Of a stretch of 64,000 nucleotides of DNA, positions 57,744 to 64,000 are shown in pieces (the stretch's first letter is position 1; each line of letters begins with the position of its first letter). The position numbers and the translations under genes are program-made. Source of the stretch: Cycas panzhihuaensis (taxonomy: Eukaryota; Plantae; Cycadophyta); the NCBI GenBank assembly GCA_023213395.1, contig CM041465.1, forward strand, positions 181,791,741 through 181,855,740. The letters run 5' to 3'. Below the pieces are notes generated by a model. That model had not been told where the DNA came from. It saw only the letters and a program-made list of their open reading frames with translations, and ran no database searches.

Positions 57744-58238
57744 ATGGACTATCGATCAACCCCTTTATCTATCGAGGCATTAAGAACTAACTTACTGCCT
57801 CACCCTCCTGAAGTCCCCAAATTTGATGGGACTTCGTTGGAGGACCGAGCAGAGCATGTCCATAGTTTCTCTATGGCATGCATCAACTATTGGGCCTACA
57901 ACCACATCCTTATGAAACTATTTATGTGATCTCTTTAAGGCGATGAACTCAAATGGTTTTATTGCCTGCCTACGCATTTTATTTTTTCATTCCAGCAGCT
58001 CATGGATGAGTTCGTCAACTACTTTGATGTAGCTCATCCATTTGAGAGTGGGACGAAATCCCTTTTGTCTCTTAAACAAGGTCATGATGAAATGAATTGT
58101 GACTTGGTGAAACATTTCCATGACCTTCTTTATTCCACTAAGGTGACTTTACCTGAGGAATTGAAGAGGGACCTTTTTGTCAATGCCCTTCATTTTAAAG
58201 TCCATATAGAGGTCCTCAAGATGGGGGCAACTACGTGA
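57744..58238 (+). pseudogene. Retrotransposon gag (Tat-type)
   Basis: PEVPKFDGTSLEDRAEHVHSFSMAC..ILMKLFM*SL*GDELKWFYCLP..FQQLMDEFVNYF..LLSLKQGHDE. Confidence 0.85.
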
Positions 58239-58254
58239 GACTCTACTATAGGTA

Positions 58255-60695
58255 TATTACCCAATAAATTTCTTCTTCTTCCCTTCATGTGAATGCTTAT
58301 CCTCATTTTTCTAAAAATTTAAGGATAGGATATGATAAGTATCCAAAGAACCCACAAATTCATGATGTTTAAGCTTAGCTTCCTCTATAAGAAAGAGCTC
58401 TTCTATATATTGAAATGAGGTAAATTGGAACATCTTGTTAATATTATACATGGTTTGAAAGGTGTTATTGGCTACTGGCAACTTGTTCATGATGATCGCA
58501 ATCAAGATTTTATCGCTAATCAAGCCTTCTTCTATCCCTTCTAGCTTATTTGTGATATTAGTTAACTTATTTGAATATGTGTTGATATTTCTCTCATCCT
58601 TAATGCAAGAGTTGAATAATTCACCTAGTAAGATGACTAAATGATTTATCTCCTTCTTTTTAAACATGTTACATAGGGTCTTCCAAATGTTGTATGACAT
58701 ATTCAGTTTGTGGGCAAGTGCCATTTAATTTAGGGAAAGTGAGAGCTTCAATAGACTAATGACATAAAGTAACTTTCTTCATACGAGTTTATCTAATTCA
58801 ATGTTAGGTTCTCCTTCTTTTTTCTTAGGTGGAGTCTCATAAGTTAGGTCTTAAAGATCTTAAATCATCAATACAAGTTCTATATTAGACTTCCACTCCT
58901 CAAATTTGGTGCCATCAAAGATCACTTATAGCAATAAGGTAGTTCTGACATCCATATCTATAAATACTTTAAATTTGCTTCCACTTGATTGCTAAACATG
59001 ATTATAAGTCTTAATTCATAATGATTATCACTTTACAAAGCTTGAATCACTATTATGTATACTACTTTGCCAAGAAGAAAATATATATAACACATGTTTT
59101 CCATAAAGAATATACTTTTTAATATCAATCAAAGATATTAATATATTAAAAATCTCTTTAATACTAAAAACTTCTTAACAAATGCAATATGATCTAATTG
59201 TTAGATGTTGCATGTTGTTGGGATGATTCTAGGTGGAATAACTCTAAATAATTGTTATAAAATGCTTTAGAAAGTCTAATATAGCACTTTATTCAAAGGT
59301 TTTTAATATATATTAAAATTAGAATATTAAAAGAGAATATTCCATTTAATGACTACTCCCAAAAGATGTGTGACTATTTTATTAACCCATGTGCTTAAAA
59401 TAATATTTTAAAATATCACATTATACATTGAAAGACATTCCAATATTTTTCCATTGATGTATTATCCTTTATTTTATATTTTTATGTAGATTTCTCAACA
59501 GTGGCAGCTTTTCTTCATGTGCAATGTATTTCACAAGGTAGCAACTTATTTATTGATAAATTTTGACATTGAATAGACTTTAGTGTTTAATAAAATATAT
59601 CAATACAACTTGATTTTAATCAACATGTCATTTGGATTGGTCATGATTCTTGCATGAACTCTCTAAACTATGTAGGAATGAAACAAACTTTTACTCCTTC
59701 TAAACAACTTCCAATCTTAGCATAACTAGACTCTAGTTATATACAAGCTAGATGGAGGCTTTTATCTATGTTTTATCTCTTCAAAATGAAGTCAAACAAG
59801 TTAAAAATCTTTCTCAAACTCAATTCATGCACTAACTAAAATTCAATTTAATAGCTCTTAATACTGCCCAATCTCTATTATATAGCTTTAATTTGAAGCC
59901 TGACACTATTAAACGATGCCTAATGTCTTCAAATCTTGCCCAACATTGGTTTATGATATCAAATTCAAGCCTAACATCATTGCATTGCTTTAATTGATAC
60001 CCAATGCCATTGTATAACTTCTTATAATGGTGCAATAGATATATAAAGTGCCCAATACATTTTGACAACTCTAAATGGCCTCTTTTCTAAGTGTCAATAT
60101 GATTTATAGATCTCTAATATTTGAGTTTGACTAGTTAGTGACAAACTCACTTATTTCTAATCTCAAATCTAAGTTCTAATGTTATTCCTTACTTTCCTTG
60201 AGCTCTAATACCATATTAAGATTTGTGTAAATGTAGGCTATAGGTTAGGGGTTAAGCTAACTAGAAGCAATGACTATTACACACTAAGAACATGTACAAG
60301 GAAAACTCAAATGCCAAATTTATCATGGGAAACTCTTGAGAGAGAAAACTTATCAATATAATGTTTATTATATTAAATTATTAAAATAATATAATGTTTA
60401 ATGGTGAGATGGAATGCAAGTAGACATGATGAGATTACATCAATCTAAGTTGATTGGCTGGAATACTAAAAGGGTATGTATAAATACACCTTAAAATGGT
60501 GTTGTAACCCTTCATGTATAGACATGACTCTTCATTATAACTATTCATATAGAGATGCATCCCTCCATCGCACCTTCTTGTGATAATTATCCCCTAATGA
60601 AGCATTAAGTATATACTTAACCTAAGTTAACTATCACAAACACAAGTGTTGGTGGTTGTGATATGGTCTTCATAAGTTAGTGCTTAAAGAAAATA
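58255..60695 (-). mobile_element. 5' part of Ty1/copia element J (LTR, PBS, leader, gag)
   Basis: PBS (gctctaatacca on +) at 60202-60213, LTR 60214-~60695. UBN2-type gag at 58311-58955 (FDGTKFEEWKSNIEL..IWKTLCNMF..ISDKILIAIIMNKLP). Confidence 0.8.
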
Positions 60696-60696
60696 A

Positions 60697-62030
60697 GGTC
60701 ATTTGAAACTAATCTGGATGAAACATTCATGAGATATGAGCAAGATGGTAAACTATCAAGTTATAAGAAGAGAAACCACGAAAAACCCAAATCATTTCTT
60801 GTCATCAAATGGAAAAATTAATAAGGAAGGGTTGACCTAGGATTATATTATTATTATTTTTATTGTAAGTAGAAGTTTGGAAAGATAACTAATCAAAACA
60901 AAAGCTATAAGAGTTTTTCAAAAGTATAAAGAAGTTTTCCAAGAACTCCCTTTAGAATTACCACTAGAAAAGGTTATAAAGTATACCATTGAGCTAAAAC
61001 ATGGGACTATCCTAATTATGATCTAATCATATAAACACTCTCACCATTATTAAATAGAAACTAAAAGGATACTTGTAGAATTATTAGATTTAAGGGTTAT
61101 AGTCCCTAATAAATATTTGCTTATAGTTTCAGTGGTATTAATGAGAAATAAAGACAAATCATTCCAAATGTAAGTAGATTACTAGCCCTAAATAAAATTA
61201 TAATTAAGAATTAGTTCTTGATTCCTTGAATTAATGAACTTTTCAATAAGCTAGATAGGGTAAAATACTTCATCAAGATTGATTTAAGATACATTTATTA
61301 CCAAATAAGGATAAGAGAGGAGGATACTCCTAAAATAGAATTTTGTATCTAGCATGGTCACTATGAATTTAAGATGATACCATTTAGACTTACTAATGAC
61401 CTACTACCCTTCAAACACTAATGGATAAGATATTAGCTCCATTTTTTAGGAAGTTCATATTAGTTTTCTTTAATAACATTTTGATCTATGCTAGAAGAAT
61501 TATGTTGCCCATATCGACAAAATGCTCAGTACCCTTTAAGTAAATAATCTCCTTACCAACCACTCTAAGTGTATCTTCAACAAAGAAGAAGTTGAGTATT
61601 TGGGCCATATCATAACTTGAGAAATGATTAAGGATGACCTAAAGAAGATTAAAGCTATTTAGTATTAGGCTAGCTTAAGAAATAACATTGAATTGAGAGG
61701 ATTCATAAGGTTAATGGGGTATTATAGGTATTTTATCAAGATTTATACTTAAAAACTTTAGTACTGATAAGTTTACTCAATAAGAATACTTTTTAATAGT
61801 ATGAGCAAGTAGAAGAATACTTTTAAAGACTGGAGGAAGTTATGACCTTAGTTCTATGTTAATATCACCATATTTTTCTAAGTCGTTCACCATTGAAAAT
61901 GATGCATTAAGGACTATAGTAGGGGTGATATTAATGCAAGAAGGAAGACTAATTACCTTTGAAAGTAGAGAATTGAATAATAGAGAAAAACTTAGATTTT
62001 CTTATGATAAAGGAATACTAACCATAGTGG
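60697..62030 (+). pseudogene. Chromovirus-type gypsy pol fragment (PR linker, RT, start of RH)
   Basis: IISCHQMEKLIRKG, KIDLRYIYYQIRI, GHYEFKMIPFRLTN, EVEYLGHII, FSKSFTIENDA..LMQEGRLITFESR..YDKGILTIV. Confidence 0.88.
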
Positions 62031-62784
62031 ATTATCTATGTAAAGATCCAATTTTTTATCCTTCTTTAGTAAAGTTTAATTCCTTAGTATGTATATAAAA
62101 TCTTTTATATTTCTTAATTTTACTCATCCAATATGATGTGGAATCTTATTTCATTCTCTACTAAGTGTGAGGATGCACTATTTTGGTTTTCTAGATTAAC
62201 AGGTATTATTACAATGAGTTTATAGTCCATTAGGACCTAAGGTACTTGACTTTGCTCTTTTAACTCCTTAGAAATTATAAATTTCTTATTGCTTATTTCT
62301 TACATAATATAAAAATAAAAAGATTACTCATATCGGTAGTATATATAGGGGAGAACATTATATAAATGAAGGAAGAATAAGAAGAAACCATTGTAAAGGA
62401 ATGGTCACTAGAAGCCAACAATTTTATGACTTATTTAGAGTACTATATTCTATTATTTGAGCCATGTTTTATAAGGAATAAATCCACCAACTTGAAAAGT
62501 TCATTACCAAATTTAAAATGAGTGGTGGAAGTCCTAAAATAGATACTAATTAAGAAAGTTATCATAGTTAAAAATTGTATGGTTTAAAACCTCACTCACT
62601 CATTGCAAACTTGAAAAAACTCATTAAGTTGATAACTTTGAAGGTATAAACATTATCTCAAATTAATTTTTATCATTGAATAGTTATTACATAGTGAAAA
62701 TCATTTCAATAGATTTCCAATAAGTGGTAGAAGTCCAAAATTTGATATCGTATGAGAAAGTTATGACTATTTAAAGTTAGCCTT

Positions 62785-62952
62785 TTTTGTTGAACTTTTT
62801 GGTGTTAAACTTCCTTCTGTCAAAACTTTTTAGGTTGAAAATTTTCTTATCAAAACTTTCCCTTATTAAAATTTTTATACCAAACTTTTCTTGATTAAAA
62901 TGTTTTTATGTCAATTTTTTCTTAGTTGAACATTTTTTATACTGAACTTTCT
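62785..62952. repeat. Degenerate ~15-bp tandem repeat (tgtt/cgaacttttt-like)
   Basis: Recurrent gttgaacttt / gttaaacttc / gtcaaaacttt / atcaaaacttt / gttgaacattt / actgaacttt units. Confidence 0.5.
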
Positions 62953-63140
62953 TTATATCTATGTCAACCTTGTCATGAGGAGTAAAGCCTCTAAGAGAAA
63001 ATAACACTTTACTAAATGGCCATAAATCTCTCAATACTTAGCCATTTTTCACACTCCAACTATCCTTCCAAATCTTTTATAAAGGGTTATCTATTCATAT
63101 AAAGATATTTTACACTGAAAAGATATTTAAGGTGGTATTT

Positions 63141-64000
63141 TATTTTCTTTTTTTTTTTTGTTAAGGTAAAAATGAATTAGATGTGGGTTTATAAACAGGA
63201 TCCCATAACCTAGTACATCAATCAAAGTTTATCATCTAAGTCATGATAGACTGTGACAACCCCACAGCCTGAGTATCATCATAAAAACTAAAATTATGCC
63301 AAGACAAGCCCCATAGCTAGTTATCTCAAATTTTTTCAGACTCAACCAGTTTCATAAGTTCCTCGAGTAAATCTTCCTTCTAAACAATAGATCTCCTATT
63401 CGTAGCCCCCTAATTTACCAGGAGATTAGCCACTTTATTACCTTCCCTGTAAGTGTTTCAAATCTAAACATTCACTAAATCTTTTGGTACATCCTGAGTG
63501 TCCTCAATCATAGATTGAAATCTCTAGTCTGGGGATGCTATGCACTTCAACATATTTATTATGTTCAGGGAGTCTCCCTTAAAGATCACCCTACTGAGGA
63601 CCCCTTCCAGAGCTAACTTCATAACTTTAAGCATAGCCACCATCTTTGCAAAGTGGTTTTTTTGTTGATCATAGTACTTTGCAAAGGCCCATATGAGTCT
63701 ACCTTTAACATCTCTATAGATGCTGCCACCACTAGCTTCACTGGGGTTGCCTTTCAAGGCACCATCAAAATTTATTTTTAGCCAATGGTCTCCGAGGGGG
63801 ACCTTAGGGCATATTCTTGTAATCTCTTCTTTAATATTTAGCTTTATGTCCCACTTATGCAGGATCTTTCCTTCTATCAACACCAAGTGCTTCTCTTCTG
63901 AGCTTCTAACATTTTCCTTGATCTCTTAGCATATTACATTAAAAATAGTCTTCAAGTCCATCTGTCTGTCCCGAAATATCCTTCTATTTCGTTACTTCCA
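63141..64000 (-). mobile_element. 3' end of a second L1-clade LINE (RNase H domain, poly-A tail)
   Basis: WLKINFDGALKGNPSEASGGSIYRD..NHFAKMVA..FKGDSLNII. The T run at ~63148-63159 is the poly(A) tail on the minus strand. Confidence 0.9.

Larger units (their letters stand above)
53296..58250 (+). mobile_element. Tat-type gypsy, 5' LTR (~3.1 kb) + candidate PBS + gag, truncated
   Basis: LTR related to that of element A, with TATA at 54021. Candidate tRNA-Arg-type PBS tggtgaccatactaggga at 56398-56415. A Pro/Ser-rich region precedes gag. Confidence 0.72.

Overview
Gene-free, AT-rich, repeat-dense plant heterochromatin, probably from a large-genome non-angiosperm vascular plant such as a gymnosperm (an inference from the element types and the mutation pattern). 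I find no host gene, RNA gene or CRISPR array. The window is a stack of mostly decayed retrotransposons. (1) 1-4488 is the 3' part of a relatively young Tat-type Ty3/gypsy element with a stand-alone additional RNase H (aRH) ORF downstream of integrase. (2) A five-level nest is supported by LTR pairs, PBS/PPT and several TSDs: old minus-strand Tat-like gypsy H (~5050-7958 and 35539-~36500) > copia C (7959-35538) > minus-strand chromovirus D (8070-27966) > copia F (~8268-16067) > non-autonomous gypsy G (13157-15946). Chromovirus E (20743-26482) also lies inside D, and an RNase H-bearing L1 LINE (29413-33445) lies inside C. (3) An RT-less Tat-like element B with an antisense ORF remnant (~36540-46210) is interrupted by copia K (37395-40512). 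(4) The rest is copia I (46217-53032), a second Tat LTR+gag (53296-58250), a copia 5' end, a chromovirus pol fragment and a second LINE 3' end. Nearly all coding regions are broken by C->T/G->A stops. The most interesting points are the 3' stand-alone aRH, hairpins conserved between two distant Tat LTRs (one enclosing a splice donor), misplaced pol fragments in two elements, and very different microsatellites in sister LTRs. All translations and alignments were done by eye, and boundaries marked ~ are approximate.
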